Shown one piece after another: positions 27,130 to 41,270 of a DNA stretch of 64,000 nucleotides. The notes beneath the pieces are model-generated. The model worked only from the letters and a program-made list of their open reading frames with translations, searched no databases and was not told the DNA's origin. Where the stretch lies: assembly GCF_009914755.1 (NCBI RefSeq), contig NC_060925.1; one strand, given 5' to 3'. The position numbers and the translations under genes are program-made. Numbering within the stretch: position 1 is the stretch's first letter; each line of letters starts with the position of its first letter. Origin of the DNA: the human T2T-CHM13v2.0 reference genome, Homo sapiens.

Positions 27130-27650
27130 TAAAACCAAGAAAAATAAGAGACAACAGTTCTAGAGCTACAGGGCACCTAGGTTATGAAATTTTTATACAC
27201 AGACTTTAAGCATTTAATAATATGTCCAAAGATACAAGAAAAACATACACTAAGAACTTTAACTAAGAAAAAAGAAACTATAAAATAAAACCAAACAGAT
27301 TTTCTGGACATGAACAGTATAATAATTGATACTAAAAATTCAATGAATGAGTCTAAAATTAGATCATACATAGCTAAGGAGAAAATTAGTGAACTGGAAG
27401 CAAAATTGGAATAAATAATCAAAATGAAGCATGAAGAGATTAAAGTATGCAAAATACAGAATAGAAAGTAAGAGATACAGGAGATACCATGAAGTCTAAC
27501 TTTGAAATCCCAGAAGAAAAGCAAAAAGTGAATGAGGCAGAAAGAAGGAATTTTAAAGTTATAGAGAAAGCTTCTTTCAAAGGAATTAAAATCAGCTGGC
27601 TTTAGCAATACTTTCTGCAACAATCCATGTCAGAAGAAAATAAAATGACA
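27130..27650 (+). mobile_element. Old L1M ORF1-region remnant
   Basis: A-rich gagaaaattagtgaactggaag coiled-coil-type L1 ORF1 sequence. Confidence 0.6.
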
Positions 27651-30600
27651 GAATTCTCAGTCATGGCCCAAGAATTGTATAAGCAACTTAACTGCCATTT
27701 TCCTAAATTCAGAAGCAAACTGTGAAAGTTATTCTCTTTTAACTAAAAGAAATGAGCATTGAAGTGCATGATAATTATATTAATATGTTTTACATTTTAG
27801 TGATAAAATGGTTTTAATATGTTATTATGCTCTTCTGGACTTTAAATAACTTTTCACATATTATATATATATATATTTTACTTTAGTACTTGTGAATATG
27901 AAGTTTATTAGCCTATAAAAATCCAAAGCAAAAAGTATCCTACAATTGCTTTAGGTAAGGTTTAAAATATACCTTAAGTTTCAAAGAACAAGACAGCAAA
28001 TATTTGACATAGTCCTCAGTTAAATATTCTTAACAAAATAAATGTGACCAAGAGGTAGCTGAACTCCAGGGAATTTTTGCCTAGTGATGTGACACTGAGT
28101 AATCAACTGAAGATAAAATCAATGCCCAGGGAAATTTTTAGTTGTAAAAGCTAATTTTTAATAATAAAATATGTTCAAATTTCATAAAGTTTCTCTCCCA
28201 AAAGCTGCTGACAAAAATTTTGCAATCCCTGGGCACTACAGAAAGATGTCTCATGTGAGAGCCAATTAACGTAAGGTGTATTTGGATTCTGTTTGATATA
28301 GCATGAGATGAGCTTGATCAGACTAGTATTTAGCAGTGTGTGCTTTTGAAGTTGAGGGAAATTTGTTTATAAATTGCTTAACTCATTTAGCAATGAATAT
28401 CTCTGGCATACTACCAGGTACCAAAGTTATCTGAAAAGATTCATTTACTTCTAAAGGTGAATCATTTACTACTCACTCTCTAGTTGGGTGAGGTCAGTAT
28501 TGGTAAAACTTTTCCAATATTGTCTTAATAATATTCATTTCCCAGACTCATAGGAGGGAAAATGTACTCGGTACACACAGCTTCTGGATAATTGTGCTCT
28601 ATTATATCAAGCTTGATGAGTTGGCTCAAAAAACAATATACATATGAAATTTCTTCACAATTCCAACACCTTGTAAAGGCCACTGGATTCCACATCCCTA
28701 CAGGATTGACTTGAAGATCATTTCAAGAAGGGGGTCCTTTTAGATCATGTGGTAATGCTGTCGTTGTACAGAAAATAAAATTTAATGCTGAAATAATTAT
28801 AGAGGCAACTCCATAATAGCAGTGATTTAGAAAATTATTCTCTTTAGGAAATTGAAATATTTTTTGAAAGCCTCATTGAAATCAAAGAGAAAAGGAAATA
28901 GAACTCTGAGCAGAGAAAAAGCAAATATCAAACCTACAGAGCATACAGAGCATAGTTCATGTGTGAGTACTAGCAGAAAAGAGGTCAACAACACTAAAAC
29001 TAGAATCCAAAACAGGGTTCACCAGTCAGAACAAAAGTCAGACTAAGAAAGATAAGCAGCCCAGTCCAGAGTCATTCCACAGATAAGCATGAAACTATTA
29101 GATGAACAAGGATATTGGGCAATCTATCTCATGTATGAAAGGAGAACTGACCAATAGCTTTGGACTTTGTATGATGCCGATGTGGGTCAATATCACTCTG
29201 CTCTCACCAATCAAGGGGCTTTATCTGGCACTTAGACACTGGCAGGACAACGTTTTCAATGTAAGTTCAGTGATTTTAGGTGTAGCCAAATCTTCCCTTT
29301 AATGCAAAGCCTTCTTAGTTGACAAACTCATTTGATCTGAATAGATTTTCAAAGATCAAAACATAGGATGAGCAAATAAAATAAACATAGGATCCAAATA
29401 AATATGTCAACCTATGGATTAAACAGTAGAATGGAGGGGAGGGAGTAAGAATCAGTGAACTGAAAGGTAGAATACTCGAAATTATTCTACCTGAAGACAG
29501 AAAATAGGATGAAAAAATAAAGAGACCAATTGGATTATAACAGATCTAACACATCACCGGTGTTCTGGAAAAAAAAAAAGAGAGAGAAACAAAACAGGGT
29601 TTAAAAAGTATTCAATAAAATAATGGATGAAAACTTCTCAAATTTGACAAAAGGCATAAACCTACAAAGTCAACAGCTGGGAAAACCCCAAACAAGATCA
29701 ACCTAAGAAAATTTACTCCAAGATACATTGTAATCAAACTTGTGAAAACTAAAGAAAATATATATATATATATATTGGAAGCAGGGAGGAAAATGACATA
29801 TTATGTATAGACAAGAAACAATTTGAATGACAGTGGATTTCTCATCAGAAACCACAGAGGCAGAATAAAGTGGCACAATTTTCAAGTACTGAAAATAAAG
29901 AAATATCAACCTAGATCCTATATCTGGAGAAGATATCCTTCAGAAATGAAGAGCAAATCCATACATTCTCAGGTGAAAAAAAAAAACTAAGAGAATTTGT
30001 CATTAACAGATATATACTGTAAAAAAATAGATTAAATTATCTAAACAGACAGAAACTGATTTTTTGTTTTTTTTTTTTTTTTAAAGAGCCTTGGAACATC
30101 AGGAAGAAAGAACATGGTAAACAAAAATATGGTGAATACAATATTTTCCTTCTCCTCTTGAGCTTTCAAAATTATGTTTGGTGATAGATGCAAAAATGTG
30201 ATGTGGCTCTAAATGCAGGTAGAGAAAAAATTTCAGACAATTTTATTGTAAGTAAGTGAGGGAAATATATATAAAAGAAGGCAATGTTTCTCAATGCCAC
30301 TCAAATTAGTAAAATTATGAAACCAATAGACTATGATAAGTTATGTATAAGTAATGTAATACCTAGAACAATTGTGAAAAAAGCTATTCAGAAACACTAT
30401 AAACAAAATAAAATAGAACTAATAGAAACCTTCCAGTAACTCATAGGAAGGTAGGAAAATTAAAAAAAAAAAACAGAGGGAACAACAGAAAACAAAACAA
30501 AAAAATGATATGCTTATGTCTTACATATCAGTAAGTACACTAAATAAAAATGGTCCAAATCTACAAATTAAAAAATAGAGGGTGAAAGAATAGACTGGCA

Positions 30601-32019
30601 GAGTATATGACCCAACTATTCACTGTCCACAAAAATTCACTTTAAGTAAAACAATATAGGCAGGTTAAAAGGAAAAGGATGGAAAAAAACACCTAATAAA
30701 ATAGGCTTTAAAAAAAGAGAAAATTATTAGAGATAAAGAGGCCCATTATAAAATGATAAAAGGGTTAATCCACCAAAAATACATAGCATTATTAAAGTGT
30801 ATGTGTCAAACAACAGAGATGCAAAATACGTGGGGAAAAAAACAATAGAACTGAAAGAATAAACCCACAATTTTAGTTGTTTTCTTCAACAACTAACTCT
30901 CGACAATTGATAGAACAACTACACAGTTAATCAGCAAAGATAAGGAACTCAGCAACACTATCAACGAACAGGATATAATCAACTTTTATAAAACAGTTCA
31001 CCCAATAATAGTAGAATACACATTTGGTCAAGTGAGCACAGAACACATACCGGGATAAACTATATCCTGAACCATAAAAGAAATATCAACAAATTTTTTA
31101 AAATTGAAATCATACAGAATGTGTTCTCCAACCACAAATAACTAAAATTACAAATCAATAAGAGAAAGATAGCAGAAAAATGTCCAAGTTTGGAGACCAG
31201 ACCACAGTAACCCATTGATAAAAGAGGAAGTCTCAAGGGAAATTAAAAAATATATTGAACTGAATGAAATGAAAATACAATATATCAAAATTTCTGGAAC
31301 ACACTAAAGCAGTGCTGAGAGATAACTTTAGAGCACAAAATTCATGCATTACAAAAAAAAGAAAAGTTTCAATTCAACAATCTAAGCTCCCACTTCAAGA
31401 ACAAAAAAAGAAGAGCAAACTGAATCAACAGCAAGGAAAATGAAAGAAATAATAAAGGTAAGAACAGAAATCATTGAAATTAAATACAGAAAAATGAATG
31501 AAACAAAGAGCTGTTTTTCAAAGATCAATTAAATTGACAACCTTTTGCAAGACTGAAAAAGTAAAAAAGATAAAAGACATAAATTACCAATACCAGAAAT
31601 GAAAAAGAGAATATCACTATGGACCCTACAAATAACAAAAGAAAAATGAGGAAATGCTATAAGTTACTTTACACACATAAATTTGAGAAAGGAGATGAAA
31701 TGGGCCAGTGTCTTAAGCTTTCACAATGAACCTCATATGAAATAGATAATTTAAATGTGCTTGTAAGTATCAAGGAAATTGAATTTATAATTTTTAAACT
31801 TCCAAGAAAGAAATCTCCAGGTCCAGGTAATTTCAATAGAGAATTCTTCCAAACTTGATGAACTCCACTTTTACACATTCTCTTTTAGAAAATTAAAGAG
31901 GGAAGAAGCTAATATTTTGTGATGTTAATATTACCTTGATACAAATACCTGATAAAGTTAGTCAGACAAACAAACAAACAAAACTACAGACCGATATCCA
32001 CCATGAACATAGACACACA

Positions 32020-32215
32020 TAATTTATTGCATATTTCAAAATAGCTAGAAAAAGAGAATTGTTAATGTTCCCAAAACAAACAAAAGATACATGTTTGAGG
32101 TGGTGGCTATCCCAGTTACCCTGATTTAATCATTACACATTGTACACATGTATCAAAATATCACATGGACCCCAAAAAGTATGTACAACTATGATATGTC
32201 AACTTAAATTTTTTT
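32020..32215 (+). mobile_element. L1MA 3' end nested in the older L1
   Basis: atttcaaaatagctagaaaaagagaat...cagttaccctgatttaatcattacacattgta. Confidence 0.75.
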
Positions 32216-32304
32216 TTAAAGTTAGCAAAGCTTAGAGATTTTTTTAACAGTTGCTCATCTGAATCGGCATGACCCCTAAAGTTTAACTCTAAAAAAGTCA
32301 ATAT

Positions 32305-32602
32305 AGCCCTGGTGTGGTGGCTCATTCCTGTAATCCCAGCACTTTGGAAGGCCAAGGCAGTGGATCATTTGAGGTCAGGAGTTCGAGACCAGCCTGGCCA
32401 ACATAGTGAAACCCCCATCTCTACTAAAAAGAAAAAATTTACATAGCCAGGTGTGGTGGCAGGGTCTGTAATTTCAGCTACTAGGGAGGCTGAGGCAGGA
32501 GAATCATTTGAACCTGGGAGGTGGAGGTTGCAGTGACCCATGCACCACTGCACTCCAGCCTGGGGGACAGAGCGAGCCTCTGTCTCAAAAAAAAAAAAAA
32601 AA
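32305..32602 (+). mobile_element. AluS
   Basis: Full Alu; TSD aaaaaagtcaatat. Confidence 0.94.
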
Positions 32603-33229
32603 GTCAATATGATAAACATATATTTGTTTCACAAATTTTATTTTTAACCACACTCAAGATTAAATATGCAAAAGACCTTTTAAAGACAAGTTAAAGACCA
32701 AGAGCAAATATTTGCAAACCACATGTTCAACAAAGGACTACTATTTAGTAACTAGAATATATAAAAATTTTTCAAACCCCAACAGAAAAAAAAATCCAAT
32801 TAATAAGTAGGCAAAAGACATGAAGAGACATTTCACTGGAGAAGATATACAGATGGCAAATAAGCACATGAAAAGATGTTTGACATCATTAACCGTTAGA
32901 GAAATGCAAATTAAAACCACAAAGACATATCACTACACACTTGTCAGAATGACTAAAATAAAAAATTGTGACAACGCTACGTGCTGCCAAGGATGCAGAG
33001 CAACTGGATTATTCACAGTCTGCTACTAGGAATGTAAAACGGTGCAGCCACCCTAGAAAATACTTTGCCAGTGTCTTCAAACACCAATCGTGCAACTACC
33101 ATAAGATCAGATGGCAATTACACTCTTAGGCATTTATCCTGTAGAAATGAAGACTTCACACAGAAACCTGTGCATGAATGTGTATAGCAGTTGTATTCAT
33201 AATAGCCCAAAGCTGGAAATACCACACTG

Positions 33230-34312
33230 CACTTTGTGCACTGCAAGTATACATTTGGAGTATTTTAGTTATTTGCTTTTATGTCTTTCTTCTCTAACTA
33301 AAAAGTGACATGTTTGAGGTCAGAGGGTTTACCTACCTGTGAAACGTAGTATAGAGTATTAAAGGAGGCCACATCTGGAGCCAGCCCAGGTGGTTCAAGT
33401 CCTACATGCTAATTCTCTGGCCTTGGATAAGTAATTTAATGTCTCTTTGTCTTTATTTCTTCATCTGTAAAAATGACAATAAAAAGGCACGTATACCTGC
33501 AACGGACTTGGAAAAGCTGCTGACACAAAGGAAGCTCACATCACAAACACCTGGCTTTTAATATCTAGCTCAGAGTTTGGCGAAATAGTAAGTGACTCAA
33601 TAAATATTTATTGAATGAGTGAATGGGTAAGCAAATGAATGAATGCTTAAAGTTCTGAAATATTTTCCCCACCATATTTAAATTGTTGACTCCTTTCTAT
33701 CCCTAGTACAATAAATCTAATCAAGGGCCTTATCATATCTCATTATTCTAACATAATAAACCATGACCTAATAAATGAGATAATGCTTAACACACTTAGC
33801 CGAATGCTTGACATAAAATAAATACTCAGTAATTGTAGCCACGGTTAAATTACTTTAGTCTTTTGAACTCCACAATTCTGTCACAGGAAATCATTCTCTA
33901 CTTGCTCCCATAATAAAGTTTAAGTGTAAATCTCTTAGCATAACATTTAAAATCTTACAAGCTGACTTTAATCTAGTTTTATGTGCAAAGAAAGTACTCA
34001 GTAAATAATAGCTATAAATATATTTACTATCTTTCTCTCTAGATTATTTCCCGCATCCTATATTTCAACTCCAAATTAGTATTTCCTGAAGAAGCCATGG
34101 CTTTATTTGAAACCTTCTTCCTCTCTTCCTTATCTGACAAATATTTTATCTTTCATAAAGCCTCCATGTCATCTCCTATCTCTACCTAAGCTCCACCTAT
34201 CCATCTATCCCTCAAAATCACTCACCAATCATTCATTGATTATCTTTTTACCTCTGGTGGCCAGCACATGCCTGGCACATAGTAATGCTTACTAGTGTCT
34301 GTTGAATTGAAC
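33230..34312 (+). mobile_element. L2 and MIR remnants
   Basis: ctcaataaatatttattgaatgagtgaatg and gcacatgcctggcacatagt L2 tails; MIR core at about 33345-33540. Confidence 0.65.
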
Positions 34313-37300
34313 TGAGGAGAAGAGAAAGAAGTTTTAAAGCCAACAGTTTTCAAAAATCTTAAAACCTGTGCTGGTTTCTTCAAAATGTAATCATTATAAT
34401 TGAGTATCACATGCAATGCTTGGGAAAGTGCTTGAGTTTCTAAGAAGTGGGGCATTTACTTTAAAGATATTATTAAAAGTTGCAACAGGAATTGCCTAGG
34501 AAACCCTGAGTGTGTCTCTAAGGGGTGCATCTAAGCTTGGTGTTAAAGGAGGCTGCATCATTCTTGGATCCCTTCTCTCCTTCAGTCCCTGCCTTCAGGG
34601 AGCTCTCCTCCTAGACACCTTAGCCATGTGCTGTCAAAAGCTCCCAAACACACACTTATGGGTCCGCATTCTTGCTGTATCTTTTCCATCTTTTTTGGTG
34701 ATATTCATTCTCTTTCCCATCAACAATCCCAATTCCTAGGGTCCTATTTGCAGCTACTTTAAATTATATTAATAACTTGACAACTAACAGAATTTACTGT
34801 TTTTCTTCTGTGTGTATCCCTGTTATATTATTTGAGCCCTTGAGTATTTGAGGTGGTTTCTGGTTTGACTTCAAAAGTCTCAGCCAGAAATTTTACCTCA
34901 TCCTTCAAATTACTGCCACCAGATGCAGTGCCAATGATGAGAACGGAGGCTTTACAGAGCACTGAGACCAACTTTGTATAAACCTTAGTTTTCAAAAACT
35001 TAAACTTCTATTTTAAAATAAATCCATTTATATGCACTATATAATTGCATCAAATAATTCTCAGAGTAAAGACACCACTATCACAATACACGAATCCACT
35101 ACTTATATTGACTTAATTTTCTGTGTGGTAAACTTTTCTGACAAGCTTTTGATAGACTTTTTAAAATAAATTTTTTATCAAAATGTTTCCCACTTCTTTC
35201 ACTAGGTAGTTCCTTTTTTCATTAATAATTTACTCTTTGACCAAAATTGTCTATACAGAAATAGGGTGCTCTTTCCCTGGCTAGTTTTAACTCTTAAACA
35301 TTGTTTCAAACTGACCGCCTATTTTACTGAATCCTCACTTTTTCATCACTTAGGAAACAGAAGTATAACGTAATTTAAAATCTATGTCTTTGTTTTCTCT
35401 TTCCTTATACATGTGATACCAAGTCTGATTTTATAAACACATTTTCCACCTGTAACCCGAGCAAATGTCACAGGCTCCTCATACCTCTTAACATAGAACT
35501 TGCAGCAGCTCCAGGCTAATTCCACACCCCCAAACTCCCACCAGCTCAAGGCCTCTGATCCACAAGTCACCAGCACCTGCAAAGCCATCTGGGGTGCAAT
35601 GGGGCAATGCCTCTCTCCTACTTAACTTAATCTCTAAATGTAGGAATTCTCAGAATTGTTTTTCAAACTTCACTGTTTATACTTCTAGTGAAATTTATTT
35701 TTCTATTTTCACTTATTCTCTCTCCCTTTCAAAGGACAAACACCACACTTTCATGTTCAGAATGATTTTTCCTCTTCAACGTCTAAGGCTTTATGGCTCA
35801 ACCAAGCATGGGGTCTGGCTTTTTGCTTTGGGATAAATTTTCCACCCAGACATGCTCAGCCTGTACAAACAGTTCTGTCAACTGTCCCACTATCTCATCA
35901 GACATGTCCAGCATGCCTGAACCCTGGGAGGGGACAAAGCCTAGGCTCACCTTGATGCCCTACTTGCATAGTAAGACTAAATTAAGGACTAAGACAAACA
36001 TCGGCTGTATGAATTTTTTTATTCATAGCCCTCTACGAATTTTTTTATTTTGAAAGAGAACATCTGAAAATGAGAATACTTTAACCCAAAGAAACAAATG
36101 CCTAAGGGCAAAACTTCTGACAGCAAGTAAGGACATGTTTTTAGACACTTCTCTCAAATTACTTTGTAAACAGGACCACAGAAGCAGACCCCTCAAAAAA
36201 TCTAGGCCTTTCTTAACTCAAGCACACAAACACTCTCAAAGAACATCATGGGCCTTGCAGACAGCCTGCAGCCCTGGGTCCTAAGTAGCCTGGGACATGC
36301 AAACATCTGCACTCAGGGGCTGGCCAGCTGCCACCCACAAAGAAAAGCTTCCCATAGGTTTCCTACAGTGATTTTAGGATCCAAAAACAACCTGACATTT
36401 GTGTTTTACCACTAATTACTCAAACAATCAACCCACTGTTTTCCAATACTACCTCTAGTTTCTTTCATTTCCATCCAAGGTTTCTTTTTGAAATAAAAGT
36501 TATTTCTCATCTGACTGCTTTTGCTTTCCATTTGTGGAGACTTGTGAAAATCTTTCCTCGAGATGTGTTTTATGTTTAAAACCATCTAGGGCTGATCTTT
36601 ATTCTATTTTTAGAAAGCTTCTTTTTCAGAGTATGTGAATAGTGTTTGATGGCATAGTTGTTAGATTGAGAATTTGCTCGATGTGGGGCTAGGGAGAAGT
36701 GGGGCGCTGATATTTATAGAGCACTATACTGGGCTCTTCAGGATGAGTAGTGCCGTATTGCCTTCATTTCAAAGATGAGGAACAGAGGCACCAAAAGACA
36801 AAGAAATATACTCAAGACCTACTCTTAATACATATAGCAATTCATTTCCCACCGTGCCTCTTAATGGGCGCTCTTTTATTTACCATGTTAGAAGAGTATA
36901 TCTGCCTTGTGTTTGTCTCCAAAAAAAAGTCTCCATTGTTTTGTCTCGTGTGTGTGTGTGTTTTCTATCTCAGAGATGCACAGTTCTAGATTTAATCCAT
37001 ATTTTGTGACAGAGCCCTAGCCTGTAAATGTGCACTCTCTCTTCCTGGAGAACTACTCTTTTGGATGAAATTACTTGGGGATATTTTGCCAAATTACAGC
37101 TATTATTGAGACATAAAATCAAGCTGTAAGATTTGAATCTGCAATCTCAAAAGATCTTGCTTCTAGATGGTAGAGTTAATTGCTACCTCTATCAATTAGT
37201 TGGAAAAGTTCCTTATTATAAGAAAATTTTGGCACGGTTGACCGGGAAAACAGTGAGGCTTAAAGTCTATAACAATTTGATAAGCTGCAATGAAATGCAA

Positions 37301-39559
37301 AATGAATATTAATATAAATTGGTAAACATAAGTCAGATATATTAGGTGAAGGTTGCATAAAGTCAAGTATTTGTATAGAACGTATCTGGAATTCTAGGTA
37401 CTTAACTTTCCTCTGTAAATGCTCCTGAATTTTTCTTTGTGTGGGCAGCTTTGCTAAAGAATCTCACAAACAAATACTCAACAAGTGAGGTCAGGTTGGT
37501 TAAGTATCTGTGGAAAAATAAAATGTGTAAACAAGAATATAAATCTTTGGGTCAAGACTGCCTAGAAGAAAACACAGCACCTATGTACAAATACAACTAG
37601 GATTCCTAAACCCTGAAGTAATTTGCAATACATTATCTGGTAGCGTCTTGCATATAAAGGACAAAGTGGCCAAAGCCCCGATTTGGGCAAAATTCATGTC
37701 ACCTGCTTTGAATTGATCCTCATTTAAATAATTGAGTTATGTTAAAAATAATTTTTTTATTTTTAAAAATATTTTCCCTTCAGAGGAAGATCTGAGTGTA
37801 AATAATATATATAGTATCTCTTTTCCCTATGTTGGGACCAGATCTGTGGCACATCAGCCTACTCATTCTCAGTAAAAACACTCCCCAATTTTCCCAAAGT
37901 CCCCCTCCTCTGGAAAATTCTATCATCTTCACAACACAAACACCATCTCCTGGTCCTAGTACTGTACTCATTGGCAGCATCTTTCACTTCTCATGTATTA
38001 TGCATTATCTTGTATTATTTATCTTTCATAAATGATTATTTATATCTTACATGTGCAGAATCTGCACACCAACAATAGAACATAGAGTCCTAGAAGCAGA
38101 GGTAGACTAACCATCTTTATAGGATCCTCAGTGCCCAAAGCGCTGTTATACATGAAGAAGGTACACGATGCAGAGCTGTTGACTTGCTTAGCATTTTTTT
38201 TATTTTAACCAGGGTTATCTTCTTTAATAAGCACAAAATATTTGAGCTTAAATATTTTAATAATGTGAAAAGCAGAATCAGTTCAATTTTTTTAGTTCAT
38301 ATATATTATCTTTATTGCAATTAATATGGATATATATTTGGTGCTAAGATAGTCACTAATGAAAATTTAAACAATGCAAGAATTATAGAATTAAAATTCC
38401 AGAATAGACCTTGAGAGGTTGTCAAATCATCCTTCTCCTTCAGCATAAATGATCTTTTAACTGCTTGTTTCACAGCATAGAAAAATGTTATAATGTCCAA
38501 AATTATTTTTATCTTGCCTTTGATATATTATGTTATTAATTAATAATTCTTGTATATTATGATTTGATTGAAAAGTTTTGGTACCTATCTACTACTCTAT
38601 AGTTGCCAGACGATGCTGAGGTATAAATCTTTTCAAAGCTTTGAAACTTCCAGGCATTGGTTCATTTGCTGCTTTGGCAGATCTAACAAATGTTTCTCAA
38701 TTTTATTATTCCATTTCCTTTTCAATGATCCAATGCTTCTTAGAGTTTTTCACCTCAGTATTTTGATATAGAAATTCAACTGACATTCAGCATGTACTTC
38801 ATTCTAGCCTCAACTAATCCATAAAGCAGATATGTGATGAAATTGCCAAGAATCTCTAGATCTTACCAAGAATTTTGACTTTTTGGAAGGTACAGAGGTA
38901 TACATAGCATAGTAATACAAAGCAACATGACAAATTAACTGATGAAAATGGTACTTTTTTAATTTTTTAAAAATGTATCAACCTTTAACAACCTAAGGTA
39001 ATAAATTTTGAATAAAAGCTGAAAGCCTTCCCCTAGCTGTTTCCATACCATATCCAGTTTATGGAACTTGACCCTGTGTTAACTCAAAGCCTAATCTCAG
39101 GAGGCCAGCACTGAAACTAACATGGGAGGCTCATAATAATGAGCAGAATATCCAGCGTGCCATCCAGTGCCCAAACTCCTGCTCAAATCTCTAATATCAT
39201 TAACCTTGAACCCTAGTCCCAATGCTGAGAGAGATTTAAGAAACTGCTGCCCCATAGGAATATTTTGAGATGTGCCAGAATTGGGAAGAACTATATTGTT
39301 TGTGAGAGAACCTAGCGGACAACTCTGAAGAAGGAAATCTGATTTCACAACTGAACTATAAAATCCCAGGGGACTTGAGACAAGTGGCAACTTTAGAAGA
39401 GAAATCTCAATAAGAAGGAAAAAAATGGGAAATTGGAGTAAGGAAGTAGTGAAAGGGAAAAGGGAGGAGGGAGGCTAAGGCCAAATCTGAGAATTTCTTA
39501 GGGAGTAGGAAGGCAGGTAGCCCTTTCTCACCACTTTCTGAAAGCTGCCTCCTCCTCAA

Positions 39560-39614
<55 letters not shown>
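39560..39614. repeat. Compound (TC)n(CA)n microsatellite
   Basis: Perfect adjacent tc and ca runs. Confidence 0.97.
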
Positions 39615-39617
<3 letters not shown>

Positions 39618-40182
39618 TGCAAAAGCTTATGCACACACAGACATACATATTCTAAAAGGTATTAGATTACAAAAGAGTTGATTATAATAATCCTCACTGA
39701 GATGCTTGGCTAATCAAAGGAGAATGTCAGGAAAACAATCCTTGCCCTGCCCAGTAAGGCAGGAGGGTTGATGAAGATGGGAGAGGAGGACAAAGGAGTT
39801 GAACATTGAAGGGGAGCTTGGAACAGCACCAGAACGCCTGTCAGCATATTCATATCTGGCATCTGCCTCCCTGACAGATTGGAATCTTCCCAGAGCACAG
39901 TGCCTTTGCTTAGTGGTTTCTCACCATGCCTGTAAGAGAGAACGCTGCTCCACAGGTGAAGACATCTGTTAGAGGTGGTGCTATTCCCCTTCCCTGAGAC
40001 ATTTCTGTTGTTAAAGTCTTAGACACAAACTATTGTTTAGACAAATCTGCCAAAGATTTATTATTACTACTACATTGTTTTAGAATTTACTAAGATTGGT
40101 TTATTTAATTATTTTAATGTCATTATACATATTTGTCTTTAAACGGGCATATATAATTGTATATAATTGCATGAATAATCAA

Positions 40183-40226
40183 ATTATTTATCTTTATTTT
40201 ACTTTAAGTTCTAGGATACATGTGCA
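40183..40226 (-). mobile_element. Ultra-short L1PA 3' terminus (~26 nt plus tail)
   Basis: actttaagttctaggatacatgtgca preceded by a T-rich tract. Confidence 0.75.
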
Positions 40227-40549
40227 ATATTATTACTACTTTTAATAACATAAAAGCTAGAATTGCAATATCCCTAGTTTAACTTAATTGAATAAATTTT
40301 TGTTTCAGCATCTTATTTCAAAAAAAAGATAGCTAAATTGTATTCATTAATAACCCCCCAGAAGTTCAGATTTTAATGCAATCAAGGAAAAAACTTTGTT
40401 AGGAAGTGTGACCCAAAACCGAATAGATTGCCTTTAGTGAGACTGAGATCATCACTACTTAACTTGTTCAAGCAGAATCTGGGCCTTAATTAATGTTTAG
40501 AAAAGATTCATAAATCAGGTAGTTAGTGAAGTCAAATGTATGTGGGGCA

Positions 40550-41270
40550 ATGTATGTACACAGAAATAAAGTAAATATGACAAAATGTTAGCAATTTTTG
40601 AATCCAGGTAGAAAATATATGGGTGTTCATTATTGTTCTCCTTTTCTGTATGCTTAATAATTTTTATGAGATATCAAGAAAAAAAGTATGCAAACTTCCT
40701 ATGTGCATAACATGACCATTTGTCAAATTATTATATTATAATTGAAATGTTTTGTGACCCTTTTTCACAAACATATTATAGGTTCTTCTCCATAATAAAT
40801 TTCTGTTTACATTATCATTTGTAATAGTAGTCTATTGCATGGTTTTGCTTTTATTTTTTCAAACTAATTCTCAAATGTAGATATTTAGATGGTTTCCATT
40901 TTGTGTTACGTGTGAAGCAGCAATGAGTATCTCACATATACATCTCATCTTTGAGGACTTTTTTCATTTTCATATAACCAATCTATACATTTTTCTTTGG
41001 ATTTTGGTTTTAGCTGTCATGTTTAAAATCATTCCTCACTTCTAGAATATGAAAATCTTGCTTAAATTTTCTTCCACTACCATTATGCCTTGTTTTTTTA
41101 CATTTAAATTATCATCTATTTGGAATTGAATTTCATATAAACAGCCAGACCTTTTGCTTTGTTCTGATTTTCCCCAGACCCAGTAGGATAAGTATTTTTG
41201 TTTTTCATGGCTCCTTCTCTTTCCTAAATGTCGTTTGCTAACACTGTTAGGGTTCTTCATTCAGCATCCT
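40550..41270. mobile_element. Old L1ME 3' remnants
   Basis: gaatccaggtagaaaatatatgggtgttcattatt (plus) and tacatttaaattatcatctatttggaattgaattt (minus). Confidence 0.55.

Larger units (their letters stand above)
29410..33220 (+). mobile_element. Long decayed L1M (ORF1-ORF2) with nested L1MA 3' end and Alu
   Basis: gatttctcatcagaaaccacagagg (ORF1), endonuclease-region motifs and [20 protein letters not shown] (ORF2 C-terminus). Confidence 0.88.

Noticed and set aside
27177-27623. 148-aa hydrophobic ORF resembling a membrane protein
   Set aside because: Antisense reading of an A-rich L1 remnant.
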